In this document: piece after piece, positions 1 to 11,890 of the stretch | How the letters are laid out: every line of letters starts with the position of its first letter | How positions within the stretch are numbered: position 1 is the stretch's first letter | DNA from: Mobula hypostoma | Taxonomy: Eukaryota | Assembly (NCBI RefSeq): GCF_963921235.1 | Contig: NC_086097.1 | Coordinates: 221,838,001 to 221,902,000, forward strand | DNA length: 64,000 nucleotides | Direction: 5' to 3' | The notes under the pieces: model-generated | Told to the model about the DNA's origin: nothing | The model's database searches: none | The model's input: only the letters and a program-made list of their open reading frames with translations | Position numbers and translations under genes: made by a program

Positions 1-1610
1 AGGTTGTGCAGGCAGATGTTGGTAAAACCTCAGATGAAGTTAGGAATCAAAAGGTTGAGCATGGTATGAAAACTGTCCTGAGCTGTGTACATTTCAATGC
101 AAGATGTATTGTAGGAAGGGCAGATGATAGTGCTGAAGATGAGGTAGCTGGTTTACAAACAGAAACAATGTGTAGTGAGCAGAGGCTGTTGATAGGGAAA
201 AATTGCAGTCAACAGGATGAGTTTCAAGATAAAAGGCGGACAAAATCGGGAAGGGTGAATACAGGACTCAAGTTGTAATATTTGAATGCACACATTATAT
301 GGAATAAGGTTGACGGACTTGCAGCACAGTTGCAGATTGGCAGGTATGATGTTGTATGCATCACTGAATCATGGCTGGAAGAAGATTATAGCTGGGAGCT
401 TAATGTCCAAAGATACACATTGTATCGGAAGGACAGACAAGGAAGGAAGAAGGGACGGCATTGCTTTTTGGTGAAAAATGAAATCAAATCATTAGAAAGA
501 GGTGTCATTGGGTCAGAAGGTATTGAATCATTGTGGATAGAGCTAAGGAACTGCAGGTGTAAAAGGACCCTGATGGAAATTGTATACAGACCCCCAAACA
601 GTAGTAGTGGTCTACAAATTACAAATGGAGATAGAAAATGCAATGTTAAAGTAGTCATGGGGGAATTTCAAAATACAGCTAGATTGAGAAATCAGGTTGG
701 TGCTGGATTCCAGGAGGGGGAATTTCAAGAGTGCCAGTGAGATGACATTTAAGAACAACTCACTTTTCTGTGGATTGTCACCTTGTCGTGGTGGAGAAGC
801 TTGTGTGGTCCTGTGATCCTGAGAGAAATGCCATCTGGAGCTATGCTCCTGGTAGGGTCATCCGTGGCGGTAAGTTTGAGGGTGAGGTCCCTGACAAAGA
901 ATAATCCAACCAAGACCTCAACGGTGGAACAGGCAGACGAAGTTACTTTGAACTCAACGGCAGTGAAGGTGGATGAAGGCTGAACCAGAATTGATTAGAA
1001 AGCTTAAGGTAAAAGAAATCATAGGAATAAGCGATCATAAAATGATTGAATTCAGCCTAAAATTTGAGAAGGAGAAGCTAAAGTCAGATGTATCAGTATT
1101 ACAGTGAAGTGAAGGGAATTACAGAGGCATGAAAGAGAGGTTGGTCAGAATTGATTGGAAAAGAACACTGGCAGGGATGACGCCAGAGCAGGAATAACTA
1201 GAATCTCTGGAAGCAATTTGGAAGGCACAAGATATATACATCCCAAAGAGGAAGAGGTATATTAAAGGCAAGAATACACGACCAGTTCAAAGTCAACGTA
1301 AAAGCATTTAACAGAGCAAAAATTAGTGGGAAGTTAGAGAATTGGGAAGCTTTTAAATACCAACTGAAGACAACTAAAATGTCATAAAGAAGGTAAATAT
1401 GGAATACAAAAGTAAGCTAGCCAATAATATTAAAGAGGATACCAAAAGTTCCTTCAGATACATGAAGCGTAAAAGAGTGGAGAGATTGGATATCGAACCA
1501 CTGGAAAATTATGCTAGAGAGGTAGTAATGGGGTAACAATGAAATAGCAGATGAACTGAATAAGTATTCTGCATGAGTCTTCACTATGGAAGACACTAGC
1601 TGTACGGTGG
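1..1610 (+). mobile_element. Old CR1 LINE, 5' part (APE endonuclease and linker), degenerate; interrupted at 761-982 and at 1611
   Basis: ORF 282..740 has CR1 endonuclease motifs (YDVVCITESW, RKDRQGRK, IVYRPPNS); multiple stops and frameshifts; sequence resumes colinearly at 3661. Confidence 0.9.
761..982 (+). mobile_element. RTE-clade LINE 5'UTR-like fragment inside CR1
   Basis: CACCTTGTCGTGGTGGAG..GAGCTATGCTCCTGGTAGGGTCA..CCTGACAAAGA resembles, from memory, Expander/Rex3-type RTE 5' ends; it breaks CR1 colinearity. Confidence 0.65.
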
Positions 1611-3660
1611 TAGTAGTGAGGTCGGAGATGGTATTAAACAGGAAATTAGAAATGTGTGCAATAAAGGAACAGCAGTTATAATGGGTGACTTCAATCTACA
1701 TGTAGATTGGGTGAACCAAATTGGTAAAGGTGCTGAGGAAGAGGATTTCTTGGAATGTATGCGGGATGGTTTTTTGAACCAACATGTCGAGGAACCAACT
1801 AGAGAGCAGGCTATTCTAGACTGGGTTTTGAGCAATGAGGAAGGGTTAATTAGCAATCTTGTCGTGAGAGGCCCCTTGGGTAAGAGTGACCATAATATGG
1901 TGGAATTCTTCATTAAGATGGAGAGTAACATAGTTAATTCAGAAACAAAGGTTCTGAACTTAAAGAGGGGTAACTTTGAAGGTATGAGACGTGAATTAGC
2001 TAAGATAGACTGGCAAATGACACTTAAAGGATTGACGGTGGATATGCAATGGCAAGCATTTAAGGATTACATGGATGAACTACAACAATTATTCATCCCA
2101 GTTTGGCAAAAGAATAAATCAAGGAAGGTAGTGCACCCGTGGCTGACAAGAGAAATTAGGGATAGTATCAATTCCAAAGAAGAAGCATACAAATTAGCCA
2201 GAAAAAGTGGCTCACCTGAGGACTGGGAGAAATTCAGAGTTCAGCAGAGGAGGGCAAAGGGCTTAATTAGGAAGGGGAAAAAAGATTATGAGAGAAAACT
2301 GGCAGGGAACATAAAAACTGACTGTGAAAGCTGTTATAGATTTGTAAAAAGGAGAAGACTGGTAAAGACAAATGTAGGTCCCCTACAGACAGAAACAGGT
2401 GAATTGATTATGGGGAGCAAGGACATGGCTGACCAATTGAATAATTACTTTGGTTCTGTCTTCACTAAGGAGGACATAAATAATCTTCCAGAAATAGTAA
2501 GGGACAGAGGGTCCAGTGAGATGGAGGAACTGAGTGAAATACATGTTAGTAGGGAAGTGGTGTTGGGTAAATTGAAAGGATTAAAGGCAGATAAATCCCC
2601 AGGGCCAGATGGTCTGCATCCCAGAGTGCTTAAGGAAGTAGCACAAGCACAATGCTGGGACCCCAGTTGTTTACAATATATATTAATGACTTGGATGAGG
2701 GAATTAAATGCAGCATCTCCAAGTTTGCGGATGACACGAAGCTGGGCGGCAGTGTTAGCTGTGAGGAGGATGCTAAGAGGATGCAGGGTGACTTGGATAG
2801 GTTGGGTGAGTGGGCAAATTCATGGCAGATGCAATTTAATGTGGATAAATGTGAAGTTATCCACTTTGGTGGCAAAAATAGGAAAACAGATTATTATCTG
2901 AATGGTGGACGATTAGGAAAAGGGGAGGTGCAACGAGACCTGGGTGTCATTATACACCAGTCATTGAAAGTGGGCATGCAGGTACAGCAGGCGGTGAAAA
3001 AGGCGAATGGTATGCTGGCATTTATAGCGAGAGGATTCGAGTACAGGAGCAGGAAGGTACTACTGCAGTTGTACAAGGCCTTGGTGAGACCACACCTGGA
3101 GTATTGTGTGCAGTTTTGGTCCCCCAATCTGAGGAAAGACATCCTTGCCATAGAGGGAGTACAAAGAAGGTTCACCAGATTGATTCCTGGGATGGCAGGA
3201 CTTTCATATGAAGAAAGACTGGATGAACTGGGCTTGTACTTGTTGGAATTTAGAAGATTGAGGGGCGATCTGATTGAAACGTATAAAATCCTAAAGGGAT
3301 TGGACAGGCTAGATGCAGGAAGATTGTTCCCGATGTTGGGGAAGTCCAGAACGAGGGGTCACAGTTTGAGGATAAAGGGAAAGCCTTTTAGGACTGAGAT
3401 GAGGAAAAACTTCTTCACACAGAGAGTGGTGAATCTGTGGAATTCTCTGCCACAGGAAACAGTTGAGGCCAGTTCATTGGCTATATTTAAGAGGGAGTTA
3501 GATATGGCCCTTGTGGCTACGGGGATCAGGGGGTATGGAGGGAAGGCCGGTGCAGGGTTCTGAGTTGGATGATCAGCCATGATCATAATAAATGGTGGTG
3601 CAGGCTCAAAGGGCCGAATGGCCTACTCCTGCACCTATTTTCTATGTTTCTATGTTTCTA
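1611..3660 (+). mobile_element. Young 5'-truncated CR1 LINE with an internal deletion of RT N-terminal motifs, nested in older CR1
   Basis: Open frames 1654..~2645 (MGDFN, SDHN, KSPGPDG) and 2652..3563 (KFADDTK, RPHLEYC); 3' tail TTCTATGTTTCTATGTTTCTA; probable TSD TACGGTGG (1603-1610) / TATGGTGG (3659-3666). Confidence 0.95.
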
Positions 3661-5300
3661 TGGTGGAAGTACCAGGTATTGGGGGCATGTGGTGTGTGAA
3701 GTTACCATAACTAGAGAAGGTTCTTGTGAAGCTCAAAGGTCTAAAGGCAGATAAGTCACTTGGAGCAGATGGTGTAAATTCCATTGTTCTGAAAGAGGTG
3801 GCTGAAGAGATTTTGGAGGCATTGCTAATGATCTATCAAGAATTACTAGATTTTGGAATGGTTCAGAAGACCGAAAAATTGCAAATGTCACTCCATTCTT
3901 CAAGAAGGGAGAGAGGCAGAAGGAAAGAAACCACAGGGCAGTTAGTCTGGCCTCAGTGGTTGGGAAGATTTTGGAGTCGACTCTTAAGGATGAGGTCTCA
4001 GAGTACTTGGAGGCATTTGATAAAATAGGGCATAGTCAGCATGGTTTCCTCAAAGGAAAACCTTGCCTGATAAATCTATTGGACATCTTTGAAGAAATAA
4101 CAAACAAAGGAGAATTAGTTGATGTTGTATATTTGGATTGTCAGAAGGCTCTTGAGAAGGTGCCACATATGAGGCTGCTTAAGAACCTATGAGCTCATGG
4201 TATTACAGGAAAGATTCTAGCATGGATAAAGCAGTGCCTGATTGGCAGGAGGCAAAGAATGGGAATAAAGGGAGCCTTTTCTGGTTGGTTGCTGGTGACA
4301 AGAGGTGTTCCACAGTGGTCTGTGTTGGGACTGATTCTTTTTACAATATATGTCAATGATTTGTTTGATAGAATTGATGGCTTTGTTGCAAAGTTCGCAG
4401 AGAATATGAAGAGTGTTGGAGGGGCAGGTAGTTTTGAGGAAGTAGAGAAGCTACAGAAGGACTTAGATAGATAAGGAAAATGGGCAATGAAATGGCAGAC
4501 CGAACAAAGTGTTGGAAATTGTATGGTCATACACTTCCAAAGAAGAAATGAAAAATCTGATGTACAAAGGGATTTGGGAGTCCTTGTACAGAATTCCCTA
4601 AAGGTTAATTTGAAAGTTGAGTCTGTGGTGAGGAAGGTAAATGCAATGTTAGCATTCATTTCAACAGGGCTAGAAGATAAAAACAAGGATGTAATGATGA
4701 GACTTTATAAAGCATTGGTGAGGCCTCACTTGGAGTATTGTGTGCATTTTGGGCCCCTCATCGTAGAAAGGGTGTGCAGTAAGTGGAGAGGGTTCAAAGG
4801 AGGTTCACGAAAATGATTCTGGAATTGAATGGCTTGTCATATGAAAAGCATTTAATGACTCTTATCCTGTATTCACTGGAATTCACTTGAATTCAAAAGA
4901 ATGGGGGTGACCTCTTGAAGCCCATTGAATGCTGAAAGGCTTTGATAGAGTGGATATGGAGAAGATGTTCTCAATGGTGGGAGAATCTAAGACCAGAGGA
5001 CCCAACGTCAGAATAGAGGCGAGTCCTTTTACATCAGAGATGTGGAGGAATTTCTTTAGCCAGAGACTGGTGAATCTGTGGAAGTCTTTGCCACAGATAG
5101 CTGTGGAGGCCAAGCCTTTATATATATATATATTCAAGGCAGAAGTTGACAGATTCTTGATTGGTCAGGGCATGAAGGTATTTGGTGAGAATGCAGGAGA
5201 TTGGGTCTGAGGGGAATTTTGGAACAGCCATGATAAAATGACGGAGCAGACTCAATTGTCCCAATAGCCTACTTCAGCTGCCATATCTTATGGCCTTATA
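3661..5300 (+). mobile_element. Old CR1 LINE, 3' part (RT and 3'UTR), continuation of 1-1610
   Basis: Fragmented ORFs with HGFLKGK, YLDCQKA, GVPQWSVLG, KFAEN, RPHLEYC; decayed tail TCTTATGGCCTTAT near 5290. Confidence 0.9.
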
Positions 5301-5872
5301 ACTAAAAATCAAGAGAAGTGAGCACCCACGATTGTGGGATTCATTCAGATTGATACATGAAGAAATCTTTAGGATTCCAAAGTAGAGAACATGACAAATG
5401 TGGAAGGCCAGACTGAAGGAGGACACTGAGGGCATAGAATTGCTCATGGTTCTGCCACAACAAAAGTCAGCTGCTTCCGAGATTTAAGGCACCAAGTACT
5501 ACCAAATGGACCTTCTGAATTAGTTGTTCCCTAACAACATAGAAAATAATCAGGTAAACATATCTGTAGGTTTACAGGACTAGTAATCATGAATTAGGGC
5601 TTGAGCTGGAACCACTCTCTGGGCCAAAGTGGTTTATTATGGGGGAAGATGGTGGTTAGTCTGGGGTCAGGGTTCAAGAGTGATTGGTGAGTAGTGGGTC
5701 ATGTCAGCATTTTGGAGGGACAGGTCAGAAATGGGTAAATGAAGCTGTCTGAGTAGGTTCCAAATTCTAGGCTGTGACTTACACAGGGAGCTGAACTATG
5801 AAAAGACAGTTTGAACTTTATCCACAACAGGGGTAACTCAGCATAATATAACTTATTTAAACAGTACATGGG

Positions 5873-6580
5873 AGTTCAAGTTCAAGTTTACTGTCATCCA
5901 ACTCATGAATACAGGCAAATGAAACAATATTATTGTGAGGCCAAAGTGAAAAGCACAGTACTAACAGTCATACACAGCACAAGGCACATATAGCACACCT
6001 AAGATAGCAGAAAATACAGTCACATAAAAATAAATATAGTCCAAGTGCCTGAGTCCACGGATGTTGCAGCAGTCTGCAGTCAAACATAATATAGCTTGTC
6101 TTTTGCTGAGTGAACACCGGGGGGCAGTACTGAATCCTGCATGGACTCACACCACACCGCCTCTGGCACTACAGTGGATTGTCTGATTCTGACACTTCCC
6201 CTTGGGCAGCTGCAAACCGGCGACACCACGGCTTGAGGCCTAGACCTCGTAATGACCAAAGCCACACAGCTCCCCTGCCATTTGCCAACACCACCAACGT
6301 CCAACAGGGTCCTTCGATCATAAACAAAGCAACTGCACACTTCCTTCACAGAATGAAGCCTCTCTGTTGCAGGCTGCATCATGGTCTGCACCAAGTCCAG
6401 CTCCTTTTGTTTCTCTGTCAATCAGCATCTCGCTGGTGGGGTAGACCTGCAGTACTTTAAGTTCTGAATGTCCAGCAGGGGCTTGCAATCATAAAAAAAG
6501 AACTTTAAAAATACAATAACACCTTTGGTCAACCCAATAGAATCTGCTCCATTCAAGCATGCCGCCATCCTACCAGAAGA
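5873..6580 (-). mobile_element. Non-autonomous LINE-derived (bipartite) element
   Basis: Minus strand begins CTTCTGGTAGGATGGCGGC and ends AGTAAACTTGAACTTGAACT; no coding capacity; tail type shared with Rex1-like copies in the window. Confidence 0.55.
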
Positions 6581-6937
6581 TCTTATCAGTTATGACGTCC
6601 ATGTACATCTGACTCATAAATCACTTCGTTCACACAAGCACAATTTGGAGTCAGATGTGCCACACGGGAGTTTCAGGAGATACAAGTTAATCATCACCAA
6701 CCACTTTAGAACTGACTGAATTTCACACATGGACCGCTGACAAATGGAGCACTTCACACAAAAATAACTTGGCTTGTTTCTCTGATGCATTGTGAGAACT
6801 TGTTTGTTCGAGAGAGAGAAGTGAAAAGGGTCAGCGCTACATAAAATAAAAGCAATTTGATCAAACTACTGTTCCAAAATTACCTAATTGTATTTGCATT
6901 TTGTAGGTCTTCTGGAAATGTTGTCTTCACAACTATA

Positions 6938-7419
6938 TGAGGGGTGATTGGTAACTTCATGGCCTAAGGTAGAAGGAGTCACTCTTAGAAAACCTAGCAC
7001 CTTTATTTTTCAACATAGTCCCCTCCTACATTTACACACTTAGTCCAGCGGTCGTGGAGCATACGGATCCCTTCTTTGTAGAAGTGGTCCACAGCAGGGG
7101 TGATTGATAAGTTCGTGGCCTTGGGTAGAAGGAGATGAGTTATACAGCTCTTATTGCACGTGCAGTTCAATTCTTTGAGTGAAAATGCAGAAAGTTTGAA
7201 ATTAATAACACCTCCTTCTATCTTAGGCCACGAACTTATCAATCACCCCCTGCTGTGGACCACTTTCTGGAGCTCCAAGACATCGACTTCTACAAAGAAG
7301 TAATCCGTATGCTCCACAACAGCTGGACTAAGTGTGTAAATGTAGGAAAAATAAATGTGCTAGATTTTCTAAAATTGACTCCGTCTACTGTAGGCCATGA
7401 ACTTATCAATCACCCCTCG
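6938..7419. mobile_element. Mariner-derived foldback MITE with four TIR copies
   Basis: TIR (C/T)GAGGGGTGATTGATAAGTTCGTGGCC at ~6938 and ~7096 (forward) and ~7225-7251 and ~7393-7419 (reverse); transposase C-terminus FYKEGIRMLHDRWTKCVNVGGDYVEK on both strands; TA at left flank. Confidence 0.88.
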
Positions 7420-7431
7420 GAAGTAATGGGG

Positions 7432-9108
7432 TATAGACGATAGACAATAGGTGCAGGAGCAGGCCATTCAGCCCTTTGAGCCAGAACTACCATTTACTGT
7501 AATCATGGCTGAGCATCCACAATCAGTTCTCGCCTTCTGCCCATATCCCTTCACTCCACTGTCTTTAAGAGCTCCATCTAACTCTTTCTTGAAAGCATCC
7601 AGAGAATTGGCCTCCACTGCCTTCTGAGGCAGAGCATTCCACAGATCCACAACTCTCTAGGTGAAAAAGTTTTTCCTCAACTCCGTTCTAAATGGCCTAC
7701 CCCTTATTCTTAAACTGAGGCCTCTGGTTCTGGACTCACCCAACATTGGGAACATGTTTCCTGCCTCTAGCGTGTCCAATCCCTTAATAATCTTATATGT
7801 TTCAATCAGGTCCCCTCTCATCCTTCTAAATTCCAGTGTATACAAGCCCAGTCGCTCCAATCTTTCAACATATGACAGTCCCGCTATCCCGGGAATTAAC
7901 CTCGTGAACCTACGCTGCACTCCCTCAATAGCAAGAATGTCCTTCCTCAAATTTGGAGACTAAAGCTGCACACAATACTCCAGGTGTGGTCTCACCAGGG
8001 CCCTGTACAACTGCAGAAGGACCTCTTTACTCCTATACTCAACTCCCCTTGTTATGAAGGCCAGCATGCCATTAGCTTTCTTCACTGCCTGCTGTACCTG
8101 CATGCTTACTTTCAGTGACTGATGAACAAGAACACCTAGATCTCATTGTAATTCCCCTTTTCCTAATTTAACTCCATTTAGGTAGTAATCTGCCTTCCTG
8201 TTCTTGCCACCAAGGTGGATAACCTCACAATCATCCACATTAAACTGCATCTGCCATGCATCTGCCCACTCACCCAACCTGTCCAAGTCATCCTGCATTC
8301 TTATAACATCCTCCTCACATTTCACACTGCCACCCAGCTTTGTGTCATCTGCAAATTTGCTAATGTTACTTTTAATCCCTTCATCTAAATCATTAATGTA
8401 TATTGTAAATAGCTGCGGTCCCAGCACCGAGCTTTGCGGTACCCCACTAGTCACTGCCTGCGACTCTGAAAGGGACCCGTTAATCCCAACTCTTTGTTTC
8501 CTGTCTTCCAACCAATTTTCTATCCATGTCAGTACCCTACCCCCAATACCATGTGCTCCAATTTTGCCCACTAATCTCCTATGTGGGACCTTATCAAAGG
8601 CTTTCTGAAAGTCCAGGCACACTACATCCACTGGCTCTCCCTTGTCCATTTTCATAGTTACACCCTCAAAAAATTCCAGAAGATTAGTCAAGCATGATTT
8701 CCCCTTTGTAAATCCATGCTGACTCGGACCAATTCTGTTACTGCTATCTAAATGTGCCGCTATTTCATATTTTATAATTGACTCCAGCACCTTCCCCACC
8801 ACTGATGTCAGGTTAACTGGTCTATAATTCCCTGTTTTCTCTCTCCCTCCTTTCTTAAAAAGTGGGATAACATTAGCTACCCTCCAATCCACAGGAACTG
8901 ATCCTGAATCGATAGAACATTGGAAAATGATTACCAATGCATCCACGATTTCTAGAGCCACTTCCTTAAGTACGCTGGGATGCAGACCATCAGGCCCTGG
9001 GGATTTATCAGCCTTCAGTCCCATCAGTCTATCCAACACCATTTTCTGCCTAATGTGAATTTCTTTCAATTCCTCTGTTACCCTAGGTCCTCTGGCCACC
9101 ATTACATT
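7432..9108 (-). mobile_element. 5'-truncated CR1 LINE (RT and 3'UTR)
   Basis: ORF 8143..9102 has the RT core (NYRPV, QHGF, LDFQKAFD, KFADDTK); tail ATAGACGATAGACAATAG on plus strand; same family as 29860-32421. Confidence 0.95.
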
Positions 9109-9269
9109 TCTTGTTTTGAACAGAGATTATGCTAACATTGAATATGCAATAACAGATAATGCTCAGCTTCTTTGCCTTTACTTTGCACTGTTTAAAAAAT
9201 CACAAACATTGAGTTGATGTGAATTGGGTCTGTGAGCTTTGTGGTGATTTGCTGCACTAATGTGATGCA

Positions 9270-9510
9270 CACAGACTGAGGCTTTGGGCCTACTCTGAGG
9301 TTTTGGATCTGAGGACTCAATTTGCTGTTGTTCGGTTCTACTGTTTGCATGGTTTGTGCTTTTTTCTCTTTTTCTGCAGAGTGGGTTTTCCTCTTTATTT
9401 TTTTTTCAGATTTAGCTGTTTCAGGTTTCTTGCCTTGTGGCTGCCTGTAAGCAGACAAATCTCAAGGTTGTATAACTTATACATTCTTTGGTAATGAAAG
9501 TACTTTGATA
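9270..9510 (+). mobile_element. Rex1-like 3'UTR-derived repeat fragment
   Basis: GTGGCTGCCTGTAAGCAGACAAATCTCAAGGTTGTATA..TACTTTGA resembles the copies at 27470-27685 and 48490-48670. Confidence 0.5.
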
Positions 9511-10307
9511 CGATTAGAAATTTGTCAATTTGGTAAAATATGTTGTCAGCAAAGGATTAGTTAATAGAACTTTTGCCATTGAGTCTGAGTGTTTAAAATC
9601 TGGGCTGATACTTCAGGTTTATAATGATTGAGGAATACAGTGATGACTAAGATGTTGACATAAGTCCCTATCTATCTTCAGTTGGATGTAGAAGAACTTG
9701 TGACATTATATAAAGAAAAGTATTTGAATTTTGTAATGCCCTGTTCAGTATTTTTTATCTCAGCCAGAATGATCATGTTATCCTGTCATTAAACAAACAG
9801 TCTTTGGAACTTGCTGTAAACATAATTCCTGGTACATTTCCCACAATTTAAAATATAATATTTAACTGGATTTGAAGTGCTTTTGAACATCCTGATGTCA
9901 GTAAAGCAGCAGTATGTATGTCTTTCGATTTTCAAGGAGGCCAGCTATTTAGAATAAGGATACTATAGACCAGTAGTTTAACAATCTATTCAATGTGTTT
10001 GCTATGTGTTACGTGAAGAGACATTTAGCCTAGTTTCTGATATAGGAAGACTGAAATCTACAACCTCAGCATAATTTATTTATGAAGGAAGCCAGGTAGG
10101 CATGGTGTAAGAGGTTCTTAAGTGGCCAAACTTTTTGAGCCTGGCTATTAAGGAATCACAAATGAAACGGAAAACCACGTCCGGAGGATATGTTACAGAA
10201 CTCACCCAGAGCTTGGGAATATGCAAAACGTAAATTCATGCATACCTCATAAATTAGTGGGAAGCTATCTGTGACTCTTTGAACAAGAGATGCTGCTTAC
10301 AGAGTTA

Positions 10308-11000
10308 ATGTCAAGTCAAGTTTACTGTCATTTAACTATATACATGTATATCGTCAAATGAGATAACATTTCTGAAGACCATGGTGTAAAAGCACAGCAA
10401 TACACATGACACATATATAACACACAATAATTTAGGAAAGTAAAGATGAAACCTACAAATGAATTATACATAAATAAACAAACTAAAGTGCATAAATCAA
10501 ATATTGTAAGGTACGGAACAGATTAACCAGTGACACTTTGAATGCAATGTGGCAGGGAGCTCAGTAGCCTAATGGCCTGAGGCAAGAAATTGTTTCCCAT
10601 CCTGACCATTCTTATTTTTATGCATCAGAGTCTCCTGCGTGTTGGTAGAAAGTCAAAGAGGATGCTGGATGGATGGGTGGGTTCCTTGGTAATACTAAGG
10701 GTCCTTCACAGGCTGCACTCCTGATAACTATCCCTGCTGGATGGTAGGGAGACCTCTATGATCCTCTCAGCCATTCTCACAGTCCTTTACAGGGACTTCC
10801 GCTCTGATGCTCTCATACCAGATGGAGGGGCAGCTTGTCAGGACGCTCTCGATGGTGCTTAATGTAAAATTCATTTAAGATGTGTCAGGGCCTCCTTTGC
10901 CTCAATCTCTCTAAGATGTGAAGGCACTGCTGTACCTTCTTGTCCAGGGAGGTGATATTGAGGGAACAGGTGAGGTCATCTATGCTGTGTAGTTGCCCTA
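10308..11000 (-). mobile_element. Rex1/Babar LINE 3' fragment
   Basis: GTCAAGTCAAG tail on plus strand; degenerate similarity to the C-terminus of the Rex1 ORF at 23527-24174. Confidence 0.7.
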
Positions 11001-11159
11001 CTTTTACCCTGACTCTGAATGTTCCCTCGGTTCATTGGCTGACTTTCCCTTGGTCTTGTGCACGATCTTTCTACCAGTTTGCTGCTGACTTACTTGGTCG
11101 GTATTAATTTACCATTTACATAGCTGTCATTGTCAAGTTCATTTAATTTTATTTAGAGG

Positions 11160-11335
11160 AACACCATGGTAACAGGCTCTTCCAGCCCGTGCCACCCAAT
11201 TACACCAATGTGACCAATTAACCTACTAACCCTTAATGGGATGTGGCAGGAAACCGGAGCATTCAGAGGAAAATGTACAAGCTCGTTACAAACAGCAAAT
11301 TTCAACACAGGTCACTGCGTTATGTTAACTGTTAA
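11160..11335 (-). mobile_element. V-SINE/HE1-like SINE fragment
   Basis: GGGATGTGGCAGGAAACCGGAGCA (reverse of V-domain-like core) plus CR1-type 3' end. Confidence 0.6.
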
Positions 11336-11349
11336 AATTGTGTCTCACA

Positions 11350-11890
11350 TCAGCCTAGCCCAGAGAAAACAACCCATATTTGTCCAACCTCTCATTATAG
11401 CACATGCTCTCTAATCCAGGCAGCATCCTGGTAAACCACTTCTGCACCTTCTCCAAACCCTTGACATTCTTCCCATAATGCGGCAACTAGAGCTCTATGC
11501 AATACTCTATACTCTATACTCCATTTATAAAGCTGCAACATATCTTCCTGACTATGGAACTCAGTACCGTGACTAGTAAAGGCAAGCAAGCCATATGCCT
11601 TCTTAACCCCCATCAACCTGAGCAGCCATTTTCAGGGAGCTACGAACTTGGACTCCAAAGTCCTTTTGCTCATCAACACTGCTAAGGGTCGCTTGATAAG
11701 TCCAATGTCTCTTTACATTTGACCGTGCAACATTTCACGTTTGGCCAGGTTAAAGGCCATCTGCCATTTCTCTGCCCATATCTACAGCTGATCTATATCC
11801 TACTGTATCCTTTGCCAGTCTCCTAAACTTTTCGCAACACCACTAATCTTCGCATCATTTGCAAACTTACTATCCTACCTATGTGTACCT
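11350..11890 (-). mobile_element. Degenerate CR1 fragment
   Basis: ORF 11395..11616 VKKAYGLLAF..MLQLYK; KFAND-like motif near 11860. Confidence 0.75.

Noticed and set aside
1596..1931. Antisense ORFs over CR1 copies (also 2630-3586, 8204-8608, 29986-30495, 63406-63921)
   Set aside because: Reverse-strand shadows of CR1 ORF2, recurring in every copy; no independent gene evidence
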